From NCBI GenBank assembly GCA_903945435.1, contig CAJAVM010000025.1, positions 705-64,704 of the forward strand: DNA of 64,000 nt, read 5' to 3'. The notes beneath the pieces were generated by a model that saw only the letters and a list, made by a program, of their open reading frames with translations, was not told the origin of the DNA and did no database searches. Source of the DNA: an uncultured bacterium (GTDB taxonomy: Bacteria; Patescibacteriota; Patescibacteriia; Patescibacteriales; UBA12465). Position 1 is the stretch's first letter; the number at the start of each line of letters is the position of its first letter. Positions 1 through 8,632 of the stretch are shown here, one piece after another. Both the position numbers and the translations under genes were made by a program.

Positions 1-1074
1 GCTAGACTCAAGAACTAACTGTCCCATATTTCCAGTAGAGTTTCCGTAACCAGTAGCTATAGTTGGCGTTAATCCTTTTACATTAAGAATATTTCCAGTT
101 CCAGGAACAGTTGTTCCAATTCCGACTTTACCATTGCTTGTTATTCTCATCATTTCTCCTAAAGATTCATTATTTCTAGTTGAAAAAGCTAAATATGCAT
201 TATTTCCGGCAGATGTAGTTGTTAAATAAGAACCAATTTTAGCAAAGGCTCTATTGTCATTAAATCCATTAAATAATATTTCTGGACCAGTACCCGCAAC
301 AGTTGAGCCACTTGTTTGTAATAATAAAACAGAGTTCAAAGATGTTTTTATTTCTAAAGGTGCCCCTGGATTAGTTGCCCCAATTCCCACATTCCCAGCA
401 TTAGAATTATAAATATGGGTTCCGTTTGTAGTCCATTGTCCGCCACCACCAGCTGAAACAATTTCACCCCAAGCAGCCTTACAATCTTCTTCAATACAAA
501 GTCGATTTGCTTTTACATCTCCTTCAACCGCTAGAGAAGCATCGTATCTAACCGGAGCACTTGAGGTTCCATAAAAAAATCCATTCCCATCGCCATAATT
601 TCCTAACAATAAAGTTGTATTCCCTGAACCAGAATTTACTATCAATGATTTATTATGGTCGATTGAAAAATCTCCAGCCGAAAGAGTTAATTTAGCAGTT
701 GGGTTTGTTGTTCCAATTCCTAGATTACCTGGAAAAGAATAGGCTGGAGTCCCGCCACTTAAATTACTATTAAAAGCACCAGGGGAAACATATCCCGCAC
801 TAAGTGAAAGACTGGTTGCTCCGTTCACTGTTAAACTCGTCGGCGTTGCAACCGTTCCAATCGTTAAAGCTCCAGTTAAGGTTGCCGCTCCATCTTTATT
901 CAAAAAATCATACTGTAAATTATTCCAATCAGTCGAAGTTAAATTTCCATCCGCCGGCTTAGAATAACTATTTAAAAAGACCGCTGAAGCACTGCGTGAA
1001 AAAAACAAAAAAGACCCGACTAATAAAATAGCGGCCGTAAATTTAAACTTATTTTTCCCTGAAATTAGGGGCAT
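1..1074 (-). CDS. Secreted repeat protein with tail-fibre-like motifs. Only the N-terminal 358 aa lie in the window; the gene continues past the left edge.
   Basis: ATG at 1074-1072 (minus) opens a frame that stays open to position 1. My translation starts MPLISGKNKFKFTAAILLVGSFLFFSRSASA, which looks like a signal peptide. Motifs of the phage tail-fibre type recur: GNLGIGTTNPTAKLTL, GNVGIGATNPGAPLEI, GKVGIGTTVPGTGNILNV. This frame is absent from the ORF track because it is truncated. Confidence 0.6.
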   Translation of the reverse strand, partial: MPLISGKNKFKFTAAILLVGSFLFFSRSASAVFLNSYSKPADGNLTSTDWNNLQYDFLNKDGAATLTGALTIGTVATPTSLTVNGATSLSLSAGYVSPGAFNSNLSGGTPAYSFPGNLGIGTTNPTAKLTLSAGDFSIDHNKSLIVNSGSGNTTLLLGNYGDGNGFFYGTSSAPVRYDASLAVEGDVKANRLCIEEDCKAAWGEIVSAGGGGQWTTNGTHIYNSNAGNVGIGATNPGAPLEIKTSLNSVLLLQTSGSTVAGTGPEILFNGFNDNRAFAKIGSYLTTTSAGNNAYLAFSTRNNESLGEMMRITSNGKVGIGTTVPGTGNILNVKGLTPTIATGYGNSTGNMGQLVLESS

Positions 1075-1187
1075 GAATGCTTAATCAAAAACTTTTTTAT
1101 ACCCTCTGACTTTTATATTCTGTTAACTAAATTATATCATTTTTTTAATTTACTGCCAAGCATTTTTAAGCTGATTTTTCAACTGAG

Positions 1188-1352
1188 CTATCTTACAAAA
1201 TACCCGCCAGTTTTGCTGCCGCCCCTATATTCTATTTTATTATCACTTTTCAATTTCTTTAACCATCGCTCTATGGTTCCTAGCGGCTTTTTAATTATTT
1301 TTGATAAACTATTAGCTCTGAGCCCTGGCTTCTCTTTTATAATCTTTAGCAA
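1188..1352 (-). pseudogene. Winged-helix (wHTH) C-terminal domain fragment. It is either a gene remnant or a 54-aa TTG-initiated small ORF.
   Basis: A minus-strand frame is open from 1436 to the TAG at 1190-1188. It reads KIYHKRNV(GVSD)x4GVSELLKIIKEKPGLRANSLSKIIKKPLGTIERWLKKLKSDNKIEYRGGSKTGGYFVR. The tail resembles the C-terminal wHTH of AlbA_2/RecG-like putative DNA-binding ATPases. There is no in-frame ATG, only a TTG at 1352. Confidence 0.3.
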
Positions 1353-1353
1353 T

Positions 1354-1413
1354 TCACTTACTCCATCACTTACTCCATCACTTACTCCATCACTTACTCC
1401 ATCACTTACTCCT
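1354..1413. repeat. Perfect 12-bp tandem repeat (tcacttactcca), 5 copies, with the last copy imperfect.
   Basis: Read directly: tcacttactcca repeats head to tail from 1354. It encodes (SLTP)n on the plus strand and (GVSD)n on the minus strand. Confidence 0.95.
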
Positions 1414-1503
1414 ACATTCCTTTTATGGTATATCTTTTATCATCCAATGATTAAAAAGATATAACTAATTATGCATCATGCGTTATTTTTGCCAAACATA
1501 AAA

Positions 1504-2748
1504 CTATCGAGATAGCAGCCATTTCCAGAGCGGCATAATTCTTATCTTAAAAGAACCAACTCTTCGCTCTTCTTCTGTGTCATTCGTAAGAATTAGCCCC
1601 TCTTTCAAATTATATTTTTTTAAAGCTGATACAAGACCATTTATTTCTCGCTCACTGTTATTATGATTTAGAGCTTCCGTCACCTGGATAGCTTCAGATA
1701 TTTTTAACCCTTTTCTAACAATAAAATCACATTCGCCATTATCTTTATGATAATAGATTTCCTTTTCCTGTCTTTTAAGTTCCAAAAAAACTAAATTTTC
1801 TAAGTAGCGTCCACTATTTTCAGAGAAACGAAAAGAGACAGCCTTAATCATACCAGGGTCTATACCATAAACTTTTCTATCATTTATCATTTGCTTGCCA
1901 ATAGAATAATCGTATTTATAAAGTAAAAAAACAAGATAAGCCTCTTCTAAATAACCAATATAATTTTTTACCTGGCTAACACTCTTGAAACCTAATAGTT
2001 TTTTTAAATTGTTAAAACTTATCGGTGCGCCGATGTTTGATAAAAGATATAAAACAAGCTCTCTAAAGGCCTTATCATCCTTAATTTTAAATCTAACTAA
2101 AAGATCTTTAACGAGAACATCTTGATATAGTTGTTTCAATTCCTCTCTATTTCTGCTAGCTAAAACTTCCGGAAAACCACCATATTCCAAATATTCTTGA
2201 AAGCTTTTCTTTAAACCTGCTCGACCACTTGTTGTTTCTAGGCTATTTTTATCTAAGTGATAATATTTTAAATATTCCTTAAAGCTAAAAGGATATAATT
2301 CCGTTTTTAAATGGCGACCGGTTAGAGCGGTACCAAGCTCACGACTAAGCAAATTAGCGCTACTACCGGTAATAAAAATCTTGTAACCATTTGCAAAAAG
2401 GCGACCGACAAATTTTTCCCAGCCATTAATATATTGGATTTCATCAAACAAAATAACTTTCTGCTCGCCATAAAGTTCAATAAAAATTTCTAGCAAATAA
2501 TTAAAATCCGAGCTCTTAAAATTTAAAAGACGCTCATCTTCAAAATTTAAGTAATAAAAATTCTTGTAACTACCGGCGAGTTGTTTAAGCAGTGTTGATT
2601 TACCGCAACGTCTAATACCGGTAATAATAAATATTTTTTTGGTTTTAAGAGCAGCGTCTGAGATCGCTCTTTCCAAATAAATTCCTTTCTTACGAAATAA
2701 ATCATTTTGCTCAAGCACGACCTCTTTAATTATACTTTTATTTATCAT
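1504..2748 (-). CDS. AAA+ ATPase of the AAA_14/DUF4143 type.
   Basis: Walker A motif GIRRCGKSTLLKQL and Walker B-like ILFDEIQ. The ~414-aa length and C-terminal half are typical of DUF4143 ATPases. Confidence 0.75.
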   Translation of the reverse strand: MINKSIIKEVVLEQNDLFRKKGIYLERAISDAALKTKKIFIITGIRRCGKSTLLKQLAGSYKNFYYLNFEDERLLNFKSSDFNYLLEIFIELYGEQKVILFDEIQYINGWEKFVGRLFANGYKIFITGSSANLLSRELGTALTGRHLKTELYPFSFKEYLKYYHLDKNSLETTSGRAGLKKSFQEYLEYGGFPEVLASRNREELKQLYQDVLVKDLLVRFKIKDDKAFRELVLYLLSNIGAPISFNNLKKLLGFKSVSQVKNYIGYLEEAYLVFLLYKYDYSIGKQMINDRKVYGIDPGMIKAVSFRFSENSGRYLENLVFLELKRQEKEIYYHKDNGECDFIVRKGLKISEAIQVTEALNHNNSEREINGLVSALKKYNLKEGLILTNDTEEERRVGSFKIRIMPLWKWLLSR

Positions 2749-2765
2749 ATTTTGACTTTTAAATA

Positions 2766-2818
2766 ATATACATTACCAATGTATATTAATAACTTATTTT
2801 ATACATTCACAGTGTATA
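2766..2818. promoter_or_regulatory. Two related palindromes, operator-like, immediately upstream of the AAA+ ATPase gene.
   Basis: ATATACATT-acc-AATGTATAT at 2766-2786 is perfect 9+9. TATACATT-cac-AGTGTATA at 2800-2818 has one mismatch. Their centres are about 33 bp apart. Confidence 0.5.
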
Positions 2819-2853
2819 TTATTTAAAAACGATTGTCAATTATGCTATAGAGC

Positions 2854-3231
2854 CTACCATCTAACTTCAACGCTTCTCTTAGTATTTCTGGAGTTGCCAA
2901 TTGAAGTATAAATACGTTCCCCGGCAGTTAAAAAATAAACATCGTAAGTCTCTTCTACACCGACTACCCCGCTAATTAACGGGTCAGGTGGAACAACAAA
3001 TCTATCATGACTTAAGGAGCCACTTCTAATCTGCCAAAGGATATCCTCAGTTCCTGATTCGGCCGCGAAATAAGCCTTGGTTGATTGTGCTTGAATGCCG
3101 CCCGCCTTAATTCCAAGCATAACAACATAAGAGCCGGAAATTGCAACAATCAACATCCCAGCAAGAACAAACATGGTAAGTATCATGGCGCTCCCAGTTT
3201 TATTAAATTTTAATTTCGGCCTTCGTAACAT
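2854..3231 (-). CDS. PilX-like pilus-associated protein with an N-terminal hydrophobic anchor.
   Basis: N-terminus KTGSAMILTMFVLAGMLIVAISG lacks the canonical E5. It is the last gene of the minor-pilin run. Confidence 0.45.
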   Translation of the reverse strand: MLRRPKLKFNKTGSAMILTMFVLAGMLIVAISGSYVVMLGIKAGGIQAQSTKAYFAAESGTEDILWQIRSGSLSHDRFVVPPDPLISGVVGVEETYDVYFLTAGERIYTSIGNSRNTKRSVEVRW

Positions 3232-3244
3232 CTCAACAACATAA

Positions 3245-3820
3245 TTATTTATAAAATCTAGATGCGATACTAGTTTGAATTTCTAATTGGGACTGGAAAC
3301 GGCTATCATCTAAAGCACTAGCTTGCACACGAATAGTTACTATTGGCTGGCCAGTATTATTTACCACAAATTTTAAATCACTCAACTGAATTTTTCTTGG
3401 AGAAATAAAACCAGAGTTACTATCTCTTACAATCTGGAATCGTTGCGTATTACTGGGTAAATCTAGGGCTAGCTGATAAGTAACGCACTCACCATAATAG
3501 TTTTTAAAAGAAAGTACATCACCGTAACTATTGGTTGAGAAATTAAAAATTTCCCCGACTGCCCCCGGACAGCTACCATCATTTTTTATAGCCATCCTAA
3601 CTTCCTTCCCTGTTACTTCAAAAAAATATTTCAAACTTTCTTGAACGTTTTGACTAGCAATCGCATTTCTTTGCCCATCGATAACCAAACGAAAAATTTC
3701 CGTTGCTGACATGATAATAATTACAAACAAAGAAACAGAGACTAAAACTTCAATTAAAGAAAACCCCGAATAAGATTTTCTATTTTTGATAATTTTATTG
3801 TTTCTAATTTTAGTAATCAC
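3245..3820 (-). CDS. Minor pilin or pseudopilin with a prepilin-type N-terminal cleavage/methylation domain.
   Basis: YSG|FSLIEVLVSVSLFVIIIMSA class III signal with E5. Confidence 0.7.
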   Translation of the reverse strand: MITKIRNNKIIKNRKSYSGFSLIEVLVSVSLFVIIIMSATEIFRLVIDGQRNAIASQNVQESLKYFFEVTGKEVRMAIKNDGSCPGAVGEIFNFSTNSYGDVLSFKNYYGECVTYQLALDLPSNTQRFQIVRDSNSGFISPRKIQLSDLKFVVNNTGQPIVTIRVQASALDDSRFQSQLEIQTSIASRFYK

Positions 3821-3832
3821 AAATTTAAAAAT

Positions 3833-4354
3833 TTAAGGATTAAGCCAATCAAATAAAGAGGCTTCTAAAACATAGCTATAGTCCTGATTATGCTCAGTCC
3901 AGCTAACAATAGAATGGACGATAATGGAATGAGTATTAGGAGCCGTTATTTCAATTATTCTATTAAAATTAGTTTGCGAAGCTCCTCCTCCATGCACATA
4001 AAAATCATCAGCATCTTTGTACAAATTACCATTATCTTCTGTAGCTAAAATATTAGGAGTTTCATCAGAATAACTCATATAATATTTACCTTCACCTAGA
4101 TTCTGATTAAATGGAGTACTATTCTTCCAGTTTGTATCCCTAACTTTACGTACTAATTCGACTCCTTCTTGGGCAAGCTGATAAGCAACAATACTATTCT
4201 TATTGATATTTTGGCCCTTTATGTTTTGAATAATTAAAGACAATACCCCTATCATACCTAAAGAAACGACAAACAAGACAGCTAAAATTTCTACTAGAGT
4301 AAACCCAGATTTATTTTTTAAATTTTTTATTTTCATGTTAACTATTTTAATCAC
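3833..4354 (-). CDS. Minor pilin or pseudopilin with a prepilin-type N-terminus.
   Basis: KSG|FTLVEILAVLFVVSLGMIGV motif. Confidence 0.7.
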   Translation of the reverse strand: MIKIVNMKIKNLKNKSGFTLVEILAVLFVVSLGMIGVLSLIIQNIKGQNINKNSIVAYQLAQEGVELVRKVRDTNWKNSTPFNQNLGEGKYYMSYSDETPNILATEDNGNLYKDADDFYVHGGGASQTNFNRIIEITAPNTHSIIVHSIVSWTEHNQDYSYVLEASLFDWLNP

Positions 4355-4958
4355 TTGAGACTTCCGCTAAACCTAAGAAATTAACCCTAATCGTTTTAAT
4401 AGTGTTGTTATTTAATTCTTTTAAATCAATCTCCAAAGCTGTTGAGGTTGCTCCGCTACTATAAATATATGTCTTTGGATCTGGTGGTAAAAATGTAACA
4501 CTAGCCGAATAACGTGAAGACTGACTATTCCCGATACGAATCGCATTAATTTCTGTTTCTGGCGGTAACTGAACAATACGTGCCCCCTTGCTTATATCTC
4601 CCTCTCCCGCGTTATTATAAACCATAGAGCCATAAGTCCCTGGCGTTTCTAAATCAGCAAAAAGTGTATATTGATTTCTATTGTTATATAAATCAAAGCT
4701 CACGCCCCATCCACCAGCCGGAACTGCATCTCCATATTTTAACAACCCTAAAGAATTATTTTGTGCCTGATGTAAATCAGCAACCAATGATTGTGCCGCC
4801 ATTACCAAATCAGTTCTTTTATTTGTAGTTCGATAGTTAGTCACAAAAATCGCAGTAATAAATACAATAATCGCCATACTAACTAAAAGCTCAATCAGAG
4901 ACATCCCCGTTAAAAAATTACTAGCGACATAAGTTTGATTTTTGTTTTTTAAAAACAT
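4347..4958 (-). CDS. Minor pilin or pseudopilin with a prepilin-type N-terminus, FimT/GspH-like in size.
   Basis: LTG|MSLIELLVSMAIIVFITAIF motif. It overlaps the next gene by 8 nt. Confidence 0.65.
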   Translation of the reverse strand: MFLKNKNQTYVASNFLTGMSLIELLVSMAIIVFITAIFVTNYRTTNKRTDLVMAAQSLVADLHQAQNNSLGLLKYGDAVPAGGWGVSFDLYNNRNQYTLFADLETPGTYGSMVYNNAGEGDISKGARIVQLPPETEINAIRIGNSQSSRYSASVTFLPPDPKTYIYSSGATSTALEIDLKELNNNTIKTIRVNFLGLAEVSSD

Positions 4959-4972
4959 AATTTTATTTTCAA

Positions 4973-6424
4973 TTATTCAGCCTTAACCTCACGCCAGAGT
5001 GGTAATTCATAATTAATCTCCAGAGAATTAGAAATACTACATTGATAATTATCAGAATCAATAACTGTTAGGGAAACCGAGGTAGTATTATCTTTTTCCC
5101 AAAAATTAATCAGGGTTGTTGAACTCGTACTAGCGGAAATTACAATACCGTTTCCAACAGCAGACCATTGGTACGTACACAAGCCAGGTTCACAACTTTG
5201 AGGCAACGGTTGACCAATAATATATGCTTCGGAACCAGCACTAGTAAATTCCGTGCTTGAGGCTCCAATATTAATTATTAGCGGGTCCCAAGTAAAAAAC
5301 GGATTAGGAAATTCATGTTTATAGGTTGTGAATGTATTAGGATTACCATCTGGGTCCCCGCCATTACTCAAAGCGCTATTAGTATTATACTGGTACCAGT
5401 CAGTTGCTTTATTGTCCACATCATATGCCCTAACCCACCAATAATAATTAGTATTGTATTTTAAACGTCCGCCACAATCTGGATTAGAATTAGAAATTAT
5501 ATATTGTGTTGCCTCCGCATTACCTACCTTACCCGACCAACAAACAGTCCCAGTTGAAGTACTAATAACATTATCCTCTCTAACTAAAACTTCATAAGCC
5601 GTTTGAGTACCGCTTAATTTTTCCCATCTTAAAACGGCATTAAGCGCCGTACTATTACAAGCGTTCGTATAGGACCAATTTGGAGCAGATAATTTTCCTA
5701 AACGCAAATTTTTTATATAAACTCGATACGGCCTAGTAGCACAAGTTGAAGACGGGTATGTTTCTCCCTCACAATTAAAACTTACATTTCCAAAGGTTGT
5801 CGCTGAATTTGGCATAGCGGTTCCAATAAAATCACCAAGTTCAACATTATAGCCGGCGGGAATAAAATCACCAGAACGCAATTTAACCGGTAATGGGGCG
5901 GCGGAATCAAGCTTTAACCATTCATCAGTTGCTTCAACTCGTGCCCAACCATGAATTGTCTGGTCAACTGTATCATAACAAGCAATACAGTCATTAGCCG
6001 AGGTACACTGAGAACAATGCGAAGAATTAAAAGAATAATTTGGAGGATTATGAGTACCATCGTGCTCGAAACTTATAAAACCAAGCGATGGATTCCAAGC
6101 TTTACCAAAAAAATTATTATTATCATCAATATAAACACCGTGATTAGATAGAGTACAAGGCGGCGAATAAAAATGAAAACCAGGATCTGCTGGCGGAGCT
6201 TTATATCTACTTTTTCCAATAAGATTCTGTGTTTCATTAAAAAGATTACCGATTACATCATCCTCACAATTAAAATAAATATAACCATAATCACCCCAGT
6301 AAGCCTTACCGCGAATAGTTGAAGTTGCCGCATTAACATTCGAAGTAAAAAAGAAAAAACCAGAGATTACAAAAATCACAGTGATCAAAAAATTTAATTT
6401 TTTTTGAAAATTAGTCATAGCCAA
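4973..6424 (-). CDS. Secreted Cys-rich protein with GxAW...G(F/W)ISF motifs and a PKD-like C-terminus. It is pilus-associated by context.
   Basis: Signal peptide LNFLITVIFVISGFFFFTSNVNA. Motifs GKAYWGDYGYIYFNC and GKAWNPSLGFISFEH, with many Cys residues. The C-terminus CTYQWSAVGNGIVISAS...VSLTVIDSDNYQC is PKD-like. Confidence 0.5.
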   Translation of the reverse strand: MAMTNFQKKLNFLITVIFVISGFFFFTSNVNAATSTIRGKAYWGDYGYIYFNCEDDVIGNLFNETQNLIGKSRYKAPPADPGFHFYSPPCTLSNHGVYIDDNNNFFGKAWNPSLGFISFEHDGTHNPPNYSFNSSHCSQCTSANDCIACYDTVDQTIHGWARVEATDEWLKLDSAAPLPVKLRSGDFIPAGYNVELGDFIGTAMPNSATTFGNVSFNCEGETYPSSTCATRPYRVYIKNLRLGKLSAPNWSYTNACNSTALNAVLRWEKLSGTQTAYEVLVREDNVISTSTGTVCWSGKVGNAEATQYIISNSNPDCGGRLKYNTNYYWWVRAYDVDNKATDWYQYNTNSALSNGGDPDGNPNTFTTYKHEFPNPFFTWDPLIINIGASSTEFTSAGSEAYIIGQPLPQSCEPGLCTYQWSAVGNGIVISASTSSTTLINFWEKDNTTSVSLTVIDSDNYQCSISNSLEINYELPLWREVKAE

Positions 6425-6461
6425 GAATACGCGAGTGTCTCATCAAAGTCTTGTATCAAAA

Positions 6462-6974
6462 TTATACCACTTTTTTCTTAAAAAATCCGCTGAGGTAGGT
6501 CTCTCCCAAAGTTATCATTGCGGTGCGCGTTTTTTCAGTCTTATCATCATACCCTAAAAGATGTAGTAATCCGTGAACAAGCAAAAAATAAAAAATATAA
6601 TCACGAGATTTTTTGTTTTCTGGCCCAAAGATTTCTTGATATTTTTTCACCCGCTCTGCCTCTTGAATATTAATAAAAATTTCACCGAGAAATGTAGGGG
6701 CTAACGGCACACTTTTAGCGATTAGCGGTTTTCTGGGATGTTTATCTTTTGTTATTTTTTGAAAATCGGACAACTGACTAGAAAAAGATAAAACATCTGT
6801 TGTTTTATCTATTCCTCTAAAAACACAATTCAAGCTCTGCATTTTCTTATCCCCAATTATAACTAAAGAAACTTCTTGATTGTTTTTTTTATAGAAATCC
6901 AATAAACCATCCGCAACAGCTATTGCTGTTTTTTTATTTATTTTTTGTTGAGTTTTATTTGTTATTTCTAGCAT
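6462..6974 (-). CDS. ybeY: rRNA maturation endoribonuclease YbeY.
   Basis: Metal-binding motif VHGLLHLLGYDD and a size of 170 aa. The third canonical His position reads Asp. Confidence 0.75.
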   Translation of the reverse strand: MLEITNKTQQKINKKTAIAVADGLLDFYKKNNQEVSLVIIGDKKMQSLNCVFRGIDKTTDVLSFSSQLSDFQKITKDKHPRKPLIAKSVPLAPTFLGEIFINIQEAERVKKYQEIFGPENKKSRDYIFYFLLVHGLLHLLGYDDKTEKTRTAMITLGETYLSGFFKKKVV

Positions 6975-6977
6975 ATT

Positions 6978-7982
6978 TTATTTTAAAATTTTTCTCACTT
7001 TTTTAGCTAAGACGTATAAATAATAGACTAATGATTTAAATGGGATATCAAACACGCCTGGATAACTACGTTCTTCCCCGCCAAAGCCTAATTTAAATCT
7101 TGTTACACCTGGCCATTTTTTTCCATCAATCCCATAAAAATCATAAATTTTAAAACCATCAATACGAGCTTGCCTAATTATTTCCCATTGCAATAAATAA
7201 GGTGCCATAATATTTCTAAACTCATTATCACTCGCTCCATGGAGATAAGTCGCTTTTCCGCTAAAATAGCAAACAACCGCCGCCGCAATTTTTTTACCCT
7301 CGTACTGTGCAAAAAATAATTTTATAAATCCTTGATTATCATTTCCGTTTCCAACTAAGTTCTGATAATGTTCTGTATCATGAATTCTAAAACTATCGCG
7401 CGCTCCAGTGAGCTCCATTAAACGGATAAATTCCGAAAAATCTTTTTCACCTCCCTCAATGATGTTAACCCGCTTTTTCTTAGCTAAATTAATATTATAA
7501 CGAGTCTTTTGATGCATCTCCGTTAACAGCTCCTCTTCGGTCTTTTGTAAATTTAAAACTAAAGTTTTTTTAGGTTGAATATCAGAAGCACAAATAAATT
7601 TCGCATCTTCCCAAAAATTATTTAATTTTTGTGCTGGTTCAATTCTTAAAAAAACCGCTTGCTTATCTATTTTTTTAAGTGCTAAAACAAGAGCATTAAA
7701 AACCTGATTTATTGTTTCAGCTGATAATCCTAATTTAAATATCGGACTACGACCAGCATACCAATATACAAATCGGCCGCCTAATGATTTCTTAGTCAAA
7801 CAAATTAAGCCTAAAATATTTTGCTCCTCCTCAACAACTGCTAAATATTTAATAGTCTTTTTTTCTTTAATTAAAATACTAGCCCACTCCGAACTACTCA
7901 AAAATTCCGATCCCGATTCCCCTGGATTAGAAACTATAAAATTGGTCAATATTTTATTATCGTTTATTTCAATTATTTTCAT
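6978..7982 (-). CDS. FemAB-family peptidyltransferase for peptidoglycan interpeptide bridge formation.
   Basis: APYLLQWEIIRQARIDGFKIYDFYGI and overall FemAB-like length. I prefer the ATG at 7982 (MKIIEIN) because the 8006 start overlaps the pilin terminator. Confidence 0.7.
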   Translation of the reverse strand: MKIIEINDNKILTNFIVSNPGESGSEFLSSSEWASILIKEKKTIKYLAVVEEEQNILGLICLTKKSLGGRFVYWYAGRSPIFKLGLSAETINQVFNALVLALKKIDKQAVFLRIEPAQKLNNFWEDAKFICASDIQPKKTLVLNLQKTEEELLTEMHQKTRYNINLAKKKRVNIIEGGEKDFSEFIRLMELTGARDSFRIHDTEHYQNLVGNGNDNQGFIKLFFAQYEGKKIAAAVVCYFSGKATYLHGASDNEFRNIMAPYLLQWEIIRQARIDGFKIYDFYGIDGKKWPGVTRFKLGFGGEERSYPGVFDIPFKSLVYYLYVLAKKVRKILK

Positions 7983-7996
7983 AAGAAAATTATAGC

Positions 7997-8034
7997 ATAA
8001 AAACAAAAAGAGACCAGTTTGACTGATCTCTTTT
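7997..8034 (-). terminator. Rho-independent terminator after the major pilin gene.
   Basis: The minus-strand RNA folds as AAGAGAUCAG-UCAAA-CUGGUCUCUU, 10 bp with one G.U pair, followed by UUUGUUUUUAU. Confidence 0.75.
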
Positions 8035-8054
8035 AGAAATAAGAACTTAAGTTT

Positions 8055-8507
8055 TTATTTAATACCAGCTGGAGATGCGGTTTGAAGAGTATTACCAGCA
8101 ACACTATTAACAGTTGCCCCTAAACAATAGTTTAGAGTATATGCAGCAGTACCAGCGGTTCCTGTTCCTGATTTTGCATATTTGTACTGGGTTGTAAGAT
8201 CGGCCGCTAAAGCTCCACAAGTTGTACCATCAACCGGAGTTGGGGCAGCTGGGACAGCAGCTAAATAAGTACTACCACTATAAGCAATTGCGGATCCCGT
8301 AGTAATCGAGGCTGGATAATCGCCAGCGTCATTGTAATAAAGTTCCAAAGCGGTTTGAATTTGTTTAACATCAGAGATACGCTTAGCATCTCTAGCTCTA
8401 GCTCTAGCTTGATTTAATGCTAAGATTGATAGAGTTGATAATAAGCCAATAATGGCGATTACAACCAACAATTCAATAAGCGTAAATCCTTGTTTGTTTT
8501 GTTTCAT
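8055..8507 (-). CDS. pilA: Type IVa major pilin, copy 2.
   Basis: MKQNKQG|FTLIELLVVIAIIGLLSTLSILAL. A Cys pair sits in the C-terminal region. An AAGAGGG Shine-Dalgarno sequence lies 6 nt upstream. Confidence 0.9.
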   Translation of the reverse strand: MKQNKQGFTLIELLVVIAIIGLLSTLSILALNQARARARDAKRISDVKQIQTALELYYNDAGDYPASITTGSAIAYSGSTYLAAVPAAPTPVDGTTCGALAADLTTQYKYAKSGTGTAGTAAYTLNYCLGATVNSVAGNTLQTASPAGIK

Positions 8508-8632
8508 AATGGACCCTCTTAAAAGGTTAATCCCTATTTTACTACCGGTAAGTAAAATAATGATTAAAATTAAATAATTATTTATCTAAATTAATTATAG
8601 CAATGTTTAAAATAAGACACAATACTCAAGCT

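Noticed and set aside
1354-1413. Possible CRISPR array or minisatellite.
   Set aside because: The units are contiguous with no spacers and only 12 bp long, and no cas genes are present. It is a simple tandem repeat, not a CRISPR array.
1213-1464. 83-aa plus-strand ORF containing (SLTP)5.
   Set aside because: It starts at a non-ATG codon, is low-complexity, and has no recognisable fold signal. The opposite strand over the same bases gives a much more protein-like wHTH translation. I treat it as a by-product of the 12-bp repeat.
7983-8006. Upstream start (MFLCYNFL) for the FemAB gene.
   Set aside because: It would place the start codon inside the stem and U-tract of the pilin terminator (7997-8034). 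The ATG at 7982 is more plausible.
8537-8557. Hairpin TTTTACTACCGGTAAGTAAAA between the two pilin genes, considered as a terminator.
   Set aside because: There is no U-tract following it on the minus strand. The clearly stronger terminator lies after the second pilin. It may modulate read-through, but I cannot support calling it a terminator.
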